A stretch of DNA of 64,000 nucleotides from Burkholderiales bacterium (GTDB lineage: Bacteria > Pseudomonadota > Gammaproteobacteria > Burkholderiales > SG8-39): NCBI GenBank assembly GCA_035554435.1, contig DATMJC010000040.1, positions 42,222 to 106,221 of the forward strand, read 5' to 3'. The translations under genes were made by a program, and so were the position numbers. Within the stretch, counting starts at the first letter, position 1. Each line of letters starts with the position of its first letter. Of this stretch, positions 34,135 through 45,966 are shown in pieces. The notes under the pieces were generated by a model. It saw only the letters and a list, made by a program, of their open reading frames with translations, was not told the DNA's origin and did no database searches.

Positions 34135-34710
34135 ATGAAGATCCTGATCGCGCTCGGAGCGGCGTGGAGCCTCGCCGTACCCCTGCCGCTGCTCGCGCAG
34201 GCGCAAAAGCAGCCGGCGACGCAATACCCGGATGTCATCTTCGTGCCCACGCCCCAGGAGGTGGTCGAGGACATGCTGCGCCTCGCCAACGTGCAGAAAG
34301 GCGACGTGCTCTACGACCTCGGCTCGGGCGACGGCCGCATCGCCATCACCGCGGCGCGCAAGTACGGCATCAAGGCGACCGGCATCGACATCGATCCCGA
34401 GCGCATCCGCGAGGCGAACGAGAACGCGAAGAAGGCCGGCGTCACCAACCTGGTCCAGTTTCGGCAGGAGAACCTCTTCACCGCCGATTTCAGGGACGCC
34501 ACGGTCATCACGCTCTACCTGCTGCCCGATCTCAACGTGAAGCTGCGGCCCAAGCTCTGGAACGAGCTCAAGCCGGGGACGCGCATCGTCTCGCACCAGT
34601 TCGAGATGGGCGCGTGGAAGCCGGAGAAGCGGCTCGAATCGAACGGGCGCACCATCTACTTCTGGACCGTGCCGCCGAAGGACAGGCAGCCCAAGCTGAA
34701 CGACAAGTAG
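34135..34710 (+). CDS. class I SAM-dependent methyltransferase domain preceded by a signal peptide
   Basis: MKILIALGAAWSLAVPLPLLAQAQ (signal-like). SAM motif I VLYDLGSGDGRIAI; post-I IDID. Confidence 0.7.
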   Translation: MKILIALGAAWSLAVPLPLLAQAQKQPATQYPDVIFVPTPQEVVEDMLRLANVQKGDVLYDLGSGDGRIAITAARKYGIKATGIDIDPERIREANENAKKAGVTNLVQFRQENLFTADFRDATVITLYLLPDLNVKLRPKLWNELKPGTRIVSHQFEMGAWKPEKRLESNGRTIYFWTVPPKDRQPKLNDK

Positions 34711-34715
34711 AACCC

Positions 34716-34738
34716 AAAATAGGGTCTGTCCCTATTTT
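34716..34738. terminator. hairpin between convergent genes (possible bidirectional terminator)
   Basis: AAAATAGGG-TCTGT-CCCTATTTT, flanked by A and T runs. It overlaps the stop codon (34732-34734) of the minus-strand gene. The stem is AT-rich, so the hairpin is weak. Confidence 0.4.
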
Positions 34739-35448
34739 TTCCGGCGGTACGCATCGCCGGCGGCGGCGATGCCGTTCAGGTAGTGCTCCCACACGTGCAG
34801 GTTGCGCTCGCACGCGGCAACCGCGGCGTCCTCCATGCGGAGCTTTTTCGCGAATTTCTCGACGGCACGCCAGCCCATGTCGGAATGCTCGATGTCGGCC
34901 TCGGTGTGCAGCTCGAAGAACTCGAGCTCGTCGTCGCCCAGTCCGAAGAGCCTGCCCCAGCGGCCGCGTTCCATGCCGAACCAGCCGCGCCGCCTGAACT
35001 CGCCCTTGCCGTAGCCGGGCACGTTGATGCGCTCGGCGCAGGTATTGGCGACGATCCCCTCCAGCCAGTGCTTGTTCGCCATCAGGCCTTCCCACGCGTT
35101 CCACGCGAGCTGGGTGGAGGGCAGGGGCTTCGCGGCGGTGAGCTCGCCGCGCCTGAGGCCGATGCGCGTGCCCAGCTCCTCGAGGATCGCCCAGTGCGGC
35201 CGGCCGCCGCCGTGCGCATGGTCGGCGATGACCTCCTCGCTGCACGCCTGGAGGATGCGCATGCGCGTGTCCCAGTCGTCGCAGTTGGTGGCCACCTTGA
35301 GCTTCAGCACCGAGTTGCGCTGCCGCGTGTTGAGCCGGTGCTGCATGGCGAACATCTGCGCCCGGCCCTCGGTCAGCGGCTCGTGGAACCAGCGGCAGCG
35401 CGCGACGAAGTCGTTCACCACCCGGTCCATGCGCGCGACCACGCTCAC
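34732..35448 (-). CDS. heme-oxygenase-like fold protein (TenA/PqqC / iron-containing redox enzyme superfamily), tentative
   Basis: All-helical 238-aa product with scattered His/Glu (EEVIADHAHGG, ELHTEADIEHSD). The assignment is by overall resemblance only. Confidence 0.4.
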   Translation of the reverse strand: MSVVARMDRVVNDFVARCRWFHEPLTEGRAQMFAMQHRLNTRQRNSVLKLKVATNCDDWDTRMRILQACSEEVIADHAHGGGRPHWAILEELGTRIGLRRGELTAAKPLPSTQLAWNAWEGLMANKHWLEGIVANTCAERINVPGYGKGEFRRRGWFGMERGRWGRLFGLGDDELEFFELHTEADIEHSDMGWRAVEKFAKKLRMEDAAVAACERNLHVWEHYLNGIAAAGDAYRRKK

Positions 35449-35617
35449 GGCAGCACGGGGTTTTCGTGTTCAGTCAACGAGAAAAAGCAGCGCGAGCACC
35501 GTCACGACGAGCGCGCCTGCGGCGAACATCATGAGCGTGGCGTCGGACATCAGCGGCAAGTCCGGATCGCGCGCCACGGGTGCAAGATCAGGCGCGGGAT
35601 GCGCGTCCGCGTGCCCG

Positions 35618-36085
35618 TCAGCCGGGCGGGTTGCTCTTTCCATGCAGCTCGCCCACCTTCTGGTTGAAGTTGCGGAAGAAGTCGCCGGCGACCTTCTTCG
35701 CCGCGGCGTCGACCAGGCGCGAGCCGATCTGCGCCAGCTTGCCGCCGACGCTCGCCTTGACGTCGTAGGCGAGCCGGGTCGATTCCCCCTGCGGCGAAAG
35801 GCGCACCTGCGCGCCGCCCTTCGCGAACCCGGCGGCGCCGCCCTGGCCCTCGAAGGAGATCGAGTACGAATTCGGCGGCTGGATGTCGGAGAGCGTGAGC
35901 TTGCCCTTGAACTTGGCGCTCACCGGCCCGACGCGCGCGACCATCAGCACCTGATACTGGTTGTCTCCGATCGGATCGATCGATTCGCAGCCCGGCACGC
36001 ACTGCTTGAGCACCGCCGGGTCGTTCAACGCGTCCCAGGTCTGCTGCTGGGAGGCCGGGATCACCTGCTCGGCGCTCATTTCCAT
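35618..36085 (-). CDS. coxG: CoxG family (SRPBCC) carbon monoxide dehydrogenase subunit G-like protein
   Basis: W..L.DP..L..C.PGCES; VGPV.AKFKG...L; GGKLAQIGSRL.D..AKK....FF..F. Confidence 0.8.
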   Translation of the reverse strand: MEMSAEQVIPASQQQTWDALNDPAVLKQCVPGCESIDPIGDNQYQVLMVARVGPVSAKFKGKLTLSDIQPPNSYSISFEGQGGAAGFAKGGAQVRLSPQGESTRLAYDVKASVGGKLAQIGSRLVDAAAKKVAGDFFRNFNQKVGELHGKSNPPG

Positions 36086-37269
36086 GCGCGGGTCTCCTGT
36101 TGTCTCGTCATCGGTCCGCTCAGCGCCTTGGCCAGGTCGAGCAGGCTGTCGAGATTATGCACCGGCAAAAAAAGATCCACGTGCGGCAGCATCGCGCGCA
36201 CGCCGGCGGGGCGCGCCTCGAACTTCTCGTAGCGCAGCAGCGGGTTGAGCCAGGCGAGGTAGCGGCAGGACTTCGCGAGGCGCTCCATCTCGTCGCCGAG
36301 CCCCTCGCCTGCCTCGCGGTCGAGGCCGTCGGACACGAGCAGCACGCAGGCGTTCTGGCCGAGCACGCGGCGGCTCCAGCGCCAGTTGAACTCGCGCAGG
36401 CTGGCGCCGATGCGCGTGCCGCCGGACCAGTCCTTGATCGCCTCGGCCACGCGCGCCATCGCCACGTCGACGTCGCGATGGCGCAGCTGCCGCGTGATGT
36501 TGGTGAGCCGCGTCCCGAACACGAACACCGACACCCGGTCGCGGTCGTTGGTGATGGCGTGCAGGAAGTGCAGAAACATCCGCGAGTACGGGTTCATCGA
36601 CCCCGAGATGTCGCACAGGACGACGAGCGGCGGGTGCAGCTCGCGCGGCGCGGCGCGCACGAGCGGGATCACGTCGCCGCCTCCGCGCAGGGATTCGCGC
36701 AGCGTTTTCCTCAAATCGATCCGCCTGCCGTTGCGCTCGACATGGAATCTTCTGGTCTTGATCACGGGTAGCGGGAGGCGCAGCTCGGCGATCAGCTTCT
36801 TCGCCTCGGCCAGCTCGGCCGCCGACATGGTGTCGAAGTCCATGCGCTGCAGCACCTCGCGCGAGGAGAAAGTGAGCCGGGCCTCCAGCTCGACCTTCTC
36901 GGTTTTCGCTTCCTGCTGTTTTTGACTGAACAGCGCGTCGGTCAGGCGCTGGCTCTGCTGCTCCTCGGGCTTGGGCGCGCGGCCGTAGGCCTGCGGCAGC
37001 ATGAGCTGCATCATCCGCTCGGCGAGCTTCGGGTCGCGCCAGAAGATGCGGAAGGCCTGGTCGAAGATCGGCCGCTGCTCGTTGCGCGAGAGCAGCACCG
37101 CCGACATGGTCCAGTACCAGTCTTCGCGCCGCAGCGGAAATTCGCTCGCGCCCGCCATCTCCAGCGCCTTGACGCAGTCGACCACCCGGTCGGGGCCGAT
37201 GCGCAGGCCTGCCGCGCGCAGCAGGCGCGCGAAATGCATGACGTTTTCTGCTAGACGACCTTCGGTCAA
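36076..37269 (-). CDS. coxE: VWA domain-containing CoxE family protein
   Basis: FARLLRAAGL.IGP.RV.D...AL; LCDISGSM; SDG. Overlaps coxG (10 nt) and the upstream gene (ATGA). Confidence 0.8.
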   Translation of the reverse strand: MTEGRLAENVMHFARLLRAAGLRIGPDRVVDCVKALEMAGASEFPLRREDWYWTMSAVLLSRNEQRPIFDQAFRIFWRDPKLAERMMQLMLPQAYGRAPKPEEQQSQRLTDALFSQKQQEAKTEKVELEARLTFSSREVLQRMDFDTMSAAELAEAKKLIAELRLPLPVIKTRRFHVERNGRRIDLRKTLRESLRGGGDVIPLVRAAPRELHPPLVVLCDISGSMNPYSRMFLHFLHAITNDRDRVSVFVFGTRLTNITRQLRHRDVDVAMARVAEAIKDWSGGTRIGASLREFNWRWSRRVLGQNACVLLVSDGLDREAGEGLGDEMERLAKSCRYLAWLNPLLRYEKFEARPAGVRAMLPHVDLFLPVHNLDSLLDLAKALSGPMTRQQETRAWK

Positions 37270-38555
37270 GCAGCCTTGCCCTTTTCGGCGGCCGGCGCCG
37301 CCTCACGGGCGAGTTTCTCCACTGCGGGAGCCGCGACGACCGCGTGCTCCCGGAAATAGCGCTCGTGGTTGCGTTCGACCTCCGCGAGCCAGTAGACGTA
37401 GTTCACCATCAGGCCCGCCGAGCGCGCCATGCCCTGCTCGGAGGTGTCGCCCATCCAGTTCAGGCGCTCGAGCGAGGCACCGTTCCCCAGGTGAAAGCGC
37501 GCCACCGGATCGAGCGGCTCGTCGCCCTGCTTGGCGTGCAGCAGGTAGCGGGCGCACAGGCGCGTGAGCTGCGCCTGCACAGCCTCGGGGACCTCGCCCA
37601 GGTGCCAGGCCGGGTCGTCGATCCTCTTCAGGAGCTCGGGGCCGCCGTGCTCGCCGAGCCAGCGCCGGAATCCCGGCACCGGGGAGAGCGTGGCGAAGCG
37701 CCGCAGGTGCGGAAACTCGCGCTTCAGCTCCTCGGCGACCTGCTTTATGAGCAGGTTGCCGAACGATATGCCGCGCAGCCCCTCCTGGCAGTTGGTGATC
37801 GAGTAGAACATCGCGCAATCGGCGTTCGCCGGCACCGCCACCGGCGACTTGAGGTCGAGCAGGGGCTGCACGTGCGCGCTCATACCGCGCGTGAGCGCGA
37901 CTTCGATGAAGATGATCGGCTCTTCCGGCAGCTGCGGATGGAAGAAGGCGAAGCAGCGCCGGTCCGACTCGAGGCGCCGGCGCAGGTCGCGCCAGCCCTG
38001 GATCGCGTGCACCGCCTCGTACTGGATCAGCTTCTCGAGCACGATCGCGGAAGTGCGCCAGTCGATGCGCTCGAGGCGCAGGAACCCGCGGTTGAACCAC
38101 GAGCGCAGCAGGTGCATGAGGTCGTAGTCGATCACCCGCCAATGGGCATGCGCCTTCATGCCCTTGAGGAGCTGGCTGCGCATCTCCACCAGGGTGGCGG
38201 TCCCGCCTGGGGCCATGTTGAGGCGGCGGAAGATCTCCTGCCGCGGCGGCTCGACCGTCTCCTGCAGCCGCGCGAAATTCGCCGGTGACGGATCGGCCTG
38301 GTATTCGGCCGCGGCGCGCGACACCGCCTCCGGGGAGGGCGAGTAGTGACGCGCCAGCACGTCGAAGAAGTCCTCGCGCGAGCGCTCGTCGAGCCCCTGG
38401 CAGGCGGCGAGCGCGTCGCGCGCGAGCGCTGTGCTCGTGTACTCGCCGCGCTCGGCGAGCAGCGCCTCGCACAGCCCGACCAGCTCGCGCGTGCGGCGCT
38501 CGACCGCGCTCTGGCCGCCGCCGAGGAGCTTTCTCAGGAACGAGGCCGGATTCAC
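37266..38555 (-). CDS. malonyl-CoA decarboxylase (MCD family)
   Basis: LLRSWFNRGFL.L.RIDW.TSA..LEK.I.YEAVH.I..W.DL.RRL...RRCFAFFHP..P.EPLIF.EVAL; FYSI.NCQ.GL.GISFGN.LIK.V; ATLSP.PGF. Confidence 0.8.
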   Translation of the reverse strand: MNPASFLRKLLGGGQSAVERRTRELVGLCEALLAERGEYTSTALARDALAACQGLDERSREDFFDVLARHYSPSPEAVSRAAAEYQADPSPANFARLQETVEPPRQEIFRRLNMAPGGTATLVEMRSQLLKGMKAHAHWRVIDYDLMHLLRSWFNRGFLRLERIDWRTSAIVLEKLIQYEAVHAIQGWRDLRRRLESDRRCFAFFHPQLPEEPIIFIEVALTRGMSAHVQPLLDLKSPVAVPANADCAMFYSITNCQEGLRGISFGNLLIKQVAEELKREFPHLRRFATLSPVPGFRRWLGEHGGPELLKRIDDPAWHLGEVPEAVQAQLTRLCARYLLHAKQGDEPLDPVARFHLGNGASLERLNWMGDTSEQGMARSAGLMVNYVYWLAEVERNHERYFREHAVVAAPAVEKLAREAAPAAEKGKAA

Positions 38556-39466
38556 GCCGCGGCACTCGCTTCTGCCAGCATGCGCTCGGCCTCGGCGCCG
38601 GCGACGCGCTCGAGGTCGTCCCGGTACTTGAGCAGCACGCCGAGGGTGTTGTTGACGGTTTCCGGGTCGAGCGCCACGCGGTCAAGGGCAACCAGGCAGT
38701 TCGCCCAGTCGATGGTCTCCGCGACGCCCGGCTGCTTGAAAAGGTCGCTCGTGCGCAGGCGCTGCACGAACGCGACCACCTCGCGCGAGAGGCGCTCGGC
38801 CGCGCGCGGCGCCTTGCGGCGCAGGATCTCCAGCTCGCGCTTCGCGTCCGGATAGTCGACCCAGTGGTAGAAGCAGCGCCGCTTCACCGCGTCGTGGATC
38901 TCGCGCGTGCGGTTGGAAGTGATCACCACCACGGGCGCCTCGGCGGCGCGCACCGTGCCGATCTCGGGAATCGTGATCTGCCAGTCCGACAGGACCTCGA
39001 GGAGGTATGCCTCGAAGGGCTCGTCGGTGCGGTCGAGCTCGTCGATCAGCAGCACCGGCGCCGCGCCGGCCGACTGCAGCGCGCGCAGCAGCGGCCGCCG
39101 CACCAGGAAGCGCTCCGAGAAGATGTCCTGCTCGAGACCCTCGCGCGACTTGACGCCTTCGGCTTCCGCCATCCTGATCTCGATCATCTGGCGGGGGTAG
39201 TTCCATTCGTAGGCCGCCTGCGCGATGTCGAGGCCCTCGTAGCACTGCAGACGGATCAGCTCGCGTCCCAGCGCTTCGGACACCACCTTCGCGATCTCGG
39301 TCTTGCCCACGCCTGCCTCGCCCTCGAGAAACAGCGGCCGCTTCATGGCGAGCGCGAGAAAGAGCGAGGTGGCGAGGCTACGGTCGGCGACATAGTCGCC
39401 CGCGCCGAGCAGAGCCTGGGTCTCGTCGATCGACCTGGGGAGCGGTTTCGTCATGGCGCCGAGCAT
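38552..39466 (-). CDS. coxD: MoxR-type AAA+ ATPase (CoxD-like)
   Basis: Walker A LEGEAGVGKTE; LQCYEG; Walker B LLIDELDR. The start could be 39466 or 39454 (MTKPLPRS). Confidence 0.85.
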   Translation of the reverse strand: MLGAMTKPLPRSIDETQALLGAGDYVADRSLATSLFLALAMKRPLFLEGEAGVGKTEIAKVVSEALGRELIRLQCYEGLDIAQAAYEWNYPRQMIEIRMAEAEGVKSREGLEQDIFSERFLVRRPLLRALQSAGAAPVLLIDELDRTDEPFEAYLLEVLSDWQITIPEIGTVRAAEAPVVVITSNRTREIHDAVKRRCFYHWVDYPDAKRELEILRRKAPRAAERLSREVVAFVQRLRTSDLFKQPGVAETIDWANCLVALDRVALDPETVNNTLGVLLKYRDDLERVAGAEAERMLAEASAAA

Positions 39467-39555
39467 TTTGCGGGATTTGCCGGGGTGCCGCCAGCCCGTT
39501 TCGGCCGGCTCGGCATAGCGCTTGCTCGCGGACCGGACTAACCAAGGAGGCGCGA

Positions 39556-40149
39556 ATGGAAATGGCAATGGTCAAGGAGCTCCTGCTCCAGTCCCTGGAG
39601 CACGAGAAGGGCGGAGTCAAGGTCTATGAGACGGCGCTCAAATGCGTCATCAACGAGGACTTGAAGGAAGAATGGGAGAAGTACCATCAGGAAACCGAGC
39701 ACCACGTGCAGGTCTTACAGGACGTCTGCTCCCAGATGCAGCTCGATCCCGAAGAACTGACCCCTGGCCGCAAGATCGTGCACGACATGGGGGAGTCCCT
39801 AGTCGAGGCCATGGAAGCTGCGCTGGCCACGGGTGACAAGGAAGCCGCGCAAAGCGTGGCATGCGACTGCGTTGTCATCGCCGAGACCAAGGACCATGCC
39901 AACTGGGGGCTGATCGGCGAGGTGTCCAAGAAGGCGACCGGCGCCGAAGGCAAGGCGCTGAAAGAAGCCTATGCCGAGGTCGAGGACCAGGAGGACGAGC
40001 ACCTTTACCACTCGAAGGGCTGGGCGCGCGAACTCGCCCTCGAGGCGCTCGGCCTCAAGGCGGTGCTGCCGCCGCCCGAGGAGCGCAAGGACGTTCACTC
40101 GGCGATCGGCGCCGCGCGCGCGAAGGCCGAGCGAACCAAGATGCGCTGA
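39556..40149 (+). CDS. acidic four-helix-bundle / ferritin-like protein, family not resolved
   Basis: Good SD (AAGGAGG) 7 nt upstream. Helical, rich in E/H (EKYHQETEHHVQ, EDQEDEHLYH). No family recognised with certainty. Confidence 0.35.
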   Translation: MEMAMVKELLLQSLEHEKGGVKVYETALKCVINEDLKEEWEKYHQETEHHVQVLQDVCSQMQLDPEELTPGRKIVHDMGESLVEAMEAALATGDKEAAQSVACDCVVIAETKDHANWGLIGEVSKKATGAEGKALKEAYAEVEDQEDEHLYHSKGWARELALEALGLKAVLPPPEERKDVHSAIGAARAKAERTKMR

Positions 40150-40155
40150 GAGGCG

Positions 40156-40956
40156 TTACTTGAGCGCGGCTTCCACGGCGCGCTTGCACATCACCGCGAT
40201 GAGGTGGGCACGGTACTCGGGCGAGGCGTGCAGGTCGTTGTTCAGCCCGTCGGGCTTCACCTTGATTCCGGCGACCGATTCCGGCGCGAACTTCTGCGAC
40301 AGGGCTTTCTCCATGTCGCCCTGGCGGAACGCGGACGCTCCCGCCCCGGTCACGCCGACGCGCACGTTGCCGCCGCCGAAGTCGGCCACGAACGCGCCGA
40401 CCAGCGCGAAGCGCGAGGCCGGGTTCTTGAATTTCATGTACGCGGCCCGCTTGGGCGCCGGGAACGTGACCTGGGTGATGAGCTCGCCGGGCTCGAGCGC
40501 CGTCTCGTAGAGCCCCATGAAGAACTTGTCGGCCTCGATCTTGCGCTTGTTGGTGGTGATCGTGGCTCCGAGGCCGAGCACCGCCGCCGGGTAGTCCGCC
40601 GCCGGGTCGCTGTTGGCGAGCGAGCCGCCGATCGTGCCCATGTGGCGCACCTGCCGGTCGCCGATGATGCCGGCGAGCTGCGCCAGCGCTGGAATGGCCT
40701 TCTGCACCGCCGGGGAGGCGGCGACTTCGGCGTGCCTCACCATCGCGCCGACCGTGACCGAGCCCGCATCCGCGGACAGCGCTTTTAGATCGCCGATGGC
40801 GGCGAGGTCGATGAGATCGCTGGGCGAGGACAGGCGCAGCTTCATCGCCTGCACCAGGCTTTGCCCGCCGGCGAGGTAACGGCCCTCGGTCTTCTGGGCG
40901 CCGAGGGCGAGGGCGTCCTTGGTGGTGGATGGACGGTGGTACTCGAATGCATGCAT
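40156..40956 (-). CDS. coxM: xanthine dehydrogenase family FAD-binding medium subunit (CoxM-like)
   Basis: MHAFEYHRPST...LAGGQSL...IGGSLANSDPAADYP. Confidence 0.85.
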   Translation of the reverse strand: MHAFEYHRPSTTKDALALGAQKTEGRYLAGGQSLVQAMKLRLSSPSDLIDLAAIGDLKALSADAGSVTVGAMVRHAEVAASPAVQKAIPALAQLAGIIGDRQVRHMGTIGGSLANSDPAADYPAAVLGLGATITTNKRKIEADKFFMGLYETALEPGELITQVTFPAPKRAAYMKFKNPASRFALVGAFVADFGGGNVRVGVTGAGASAFRQGDMEKALSQKFAPESVAGIKVKPDGLNNDLHASPEYRAHLIAVMCKRAVEAALK

Positions 40957-40968
40957 GGGTGGGTTCTC

Positions 40969-43796
<2,828 letters not shown>

Positions 43797-43921
43797 GCAA
43801 GCCTCCGGGGATAGGGTGCCTCTGACGAGCAGCCATCCTAGCCTCGCCGTAGCGGGGCGGCAATGGTGCGCTGCGAAAGCCGCGCGCATAATGGCGGATC
43901 GCTTATCATCCCGAAATCCCT

Positions 43922-44602
43922 ATGAGACTGCTCATCGTCGAGGACGACGCACCGCTCGCTTCTGGCCTGTCCCGCATCCTCGAGGCGGAGGGCCATGCCG
44001 TCGACGTCACCGAGCGCGGCGAGGACGCGGTGCTCGCCGCCTCGCAGGAGCACTTCGACCTGGTGATCCTCGACATCGGCCTGCCGCGCATGGACGGCTA
44101 CGAGGTGCTGCGCCGCCTGCGGGCGGCGGAAAAGCCGATTCCTGTCTTGGTGCTGACGGCGCGCGACGCGGTCGAAGACCGGGTGCGCGGCCTGGACCTC
44201 GGCGCCGACGACTACATGGTGAAACCATTCGCGATGCCGGAGCTCACGGCGCGGGTGCGCGCGCTCCTGCGGCGCTCGCAGGCCCACGGCGGCCCGCGCA
44301 TCGTGCACGGCCCGCTCGCCCTCGACACAGTGGCGCGCCGCGCCTTCCTCAGGAACGAGCCGCTCGAGCTCGCCGCGCGTGAATGGGCAGTGCTCGAGGT
44401 CCTGCTCGCGAAGGTGGAGAAGATCGTGTCGAAGGAAGCGATCAACCAGGCGGTCGCGGGCTGGGGCGAGGATCTCTCGCCGAACGCCATCGAGGTGTAC
44501 GTGTCGCGGCTGCGCTCGAAGCTCGAGCCCGCCGGAATCAAGATCCGCACGGTGCGCGGTTTCGGCTACATGCTCGAAGAGTTCAAGCCCGCGCCGCACT
44601 AG
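43922..44602 (+). CDS. OmpR-family response regulator (TctD/QseB-like)
   Basis: MRLLIVEDD...DLVILDIGLPRMDG...LTARD; C-terminal winged helix ...IRTVRGFGY. Confidence 0.9.
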   Translation: MRLLIVEDDAPLASGLSRILEAEGHAVDVTERGEDAVLAASQEHFDLVILDIGLPRMDGYEVLRRLRAAEKPIPVLVLTARDAVEDRVRGLDLGADDYMVKPFAMPELTARVRALLRRSQAHGGPRIVHGPLALDTVARRAFLRNEPLELAAREWAVLEVLLAKVEKIVSKEAINQAVAGWGEDLSPNAIEVYVSRLRSKLEPAGIKIRTVRGFGYMLEEFKPAPH

Positions 44603-44612
44603 GCCAGAAGCA

Positions 44613-45950
44613 ATGCCCGCGCGCAGCCTACGCGCACACCTGCTGCGCCTGCTGCTGCCGCCGATCGCGGCCCTCCTCGCGGTCGGCGCGGTGGTCGGCT
44701 ACTACTCGTCGATCGAGCCGGCCAACGAGGCCTACGACCAGGCGCTCTCCGACATCGCCGCCGCCATCGCCGCGCATGTGCGCACCGACGACACCGACTA
44801 CCGCCTCGATCTGCCGCCCGAGGTGGAGACAGCACTGCGCACCGACCGCTACGACAAGATGTTCTACCGCGTCCTGTCGCCGAGCGGCGCGCACATCGCG
44901 GGCGACGACAAGCTGCCGGTTTCCGAGCGCAGCACCGCGTACGACGCCAGGTTCAGGGGCGAGGCGGTGCGCATCGTCACCGCGCCGGCGCCGTGCGGCA
45001 ACCTGACCTGCACGGTGCTCGTCGCCGAGACCATGGTCAAGCGCACGCGGCTCGCGCGCGAGTTCCTGATCTCGAGCCTGCTGCCGGGCATCCTGATCGC
45101 GCTCGCCACGCTGGTGCTCCTGTGGTTCGGCGTGGGGCGCGGCCTCGGGCCGCTCGCACGCCTTTCCGAGGAGCTGAAGGCGCGCTCGCCGCGCGACCTG
45201 CGCCCAATCGACGCCGCCGGCGCGCCGGAGGAGACGCGGCCGCTGGTGTCGGCGCTGAACGGCCTGCTCGACGAAGTGGCGCTTGCCGCGCGCAACCAGC
45301 AGCGCTTCATCGCCAACGCGGCGCACCAGCTGCGTACTCCGCTCGCCGGGCTGCAGGCGCATACCGAGCTCGCGCTCGCCCAGCCGCTGCCGGAGTCGAT
45401 CCGCACGCAGATCGAGCAGGTGCACCAGGCGACCATGCGCACCGCGCGCCTTGCCAACCAGCTGCTCGCACTCGCGCGCGCCGAGCCTGGCGCGCGCGGC
45501 AGCTCCTCCGACGTGAACCTGCGCAGCGTGGTGGAGGCCGAGGCCGACGGCTGGGTGCACCAGGCGCTCGAGCGCGACGTCGACCTCGGCTTCGAGCTCG
45601 GCTCGGCGCCGGTGCAGGGCGATGCGCTGCTGCTGCGCGAGGCGCTCGCCAACCTCGTGCACAATGCGATCCAGTACTCGAACAACGGCGGCCGCGTCAC
45701 CGTGCGCACCGGCCAGCGCGACGGCCAGTCCTTCGCCGAGGTCGAGGACGACGGGCCGGGCATCGCGCCGCAGGAGCGCGAGCGCGTGCTCGAGCGCTTT
45801 TACCGCGTGCCGGGTACGCGCGGCACGGGCAGCGGCCTCGGGCTCGCCATCGTGCGCGAGATCGCCGGCGGGCACGGCGCTCGCATGGAGCTCACCGAGG
45901 GCGCGGGCGCCCGGGGCTGCCGAGTTGCGCTAACATTTCCGCATGGATAG
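44613..45950 (+). CDS. sensor histidine kinase (periplasmic sensing domain, HAMP, HisKA, HATPase)
   Basis: Trimmed to MPARSLRAHLLRLLLPPIAALLAV. H-box FIANAAHQLRTPL; N box NLVHNAIQYS; G boxes DDGPGI, GSGLGLAIV. Confidence 0.9.
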   Translation: MPARSLRAHLLRLLLPPIAALLAVGAVVGYYSSIEPANEAYDQALSDIAAAIAAHVRTDDTDYRLDLPPEVETALRTDRYDKMFYRVLSPSGAHIAGDDKLPVSERSTAYDARFRGEAVRIVTAPAPCGNLTCTVLVAETMVKRTRLAREFLISSLLPGILIALATLVLLWFGVGRGLGPLARLSEELKARSPRDLRPIDAAGAPEETRPLVSALNGLLDEVALAARNQQRFIANAAHQLRTPLAGLQAHTELALAQPLPESIRTQIEQVHQATMRTARLANQLLALARAEPGARGSSSDVNLRSVVEAEADGWVHQALERDVDLGFELGSAPVQGDALLLREALANLVHNAIQYSNNGGRVTVRTGQRDGQSFAEVEDDGPGIAPQERERVLERFYRVPGTRGTGSGLGLAIVREIAGGHGARMELTEGAGARGCRVALTFPHG

Positions 45951-45966
45951 GTTGCCGCATGGATAG
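45939..45966 (+). repeat. 12-bp direct duplication CCGCATGGATAG x2 (period 16) spanning the kinase stop and the xdhC start
   Basis: Read directly. Copy 1 at 45939-45950 ends with the kinase TAG stop. Copy 2 at 45955-45966 contains the xdhC ATG. Confidence 0.8.
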
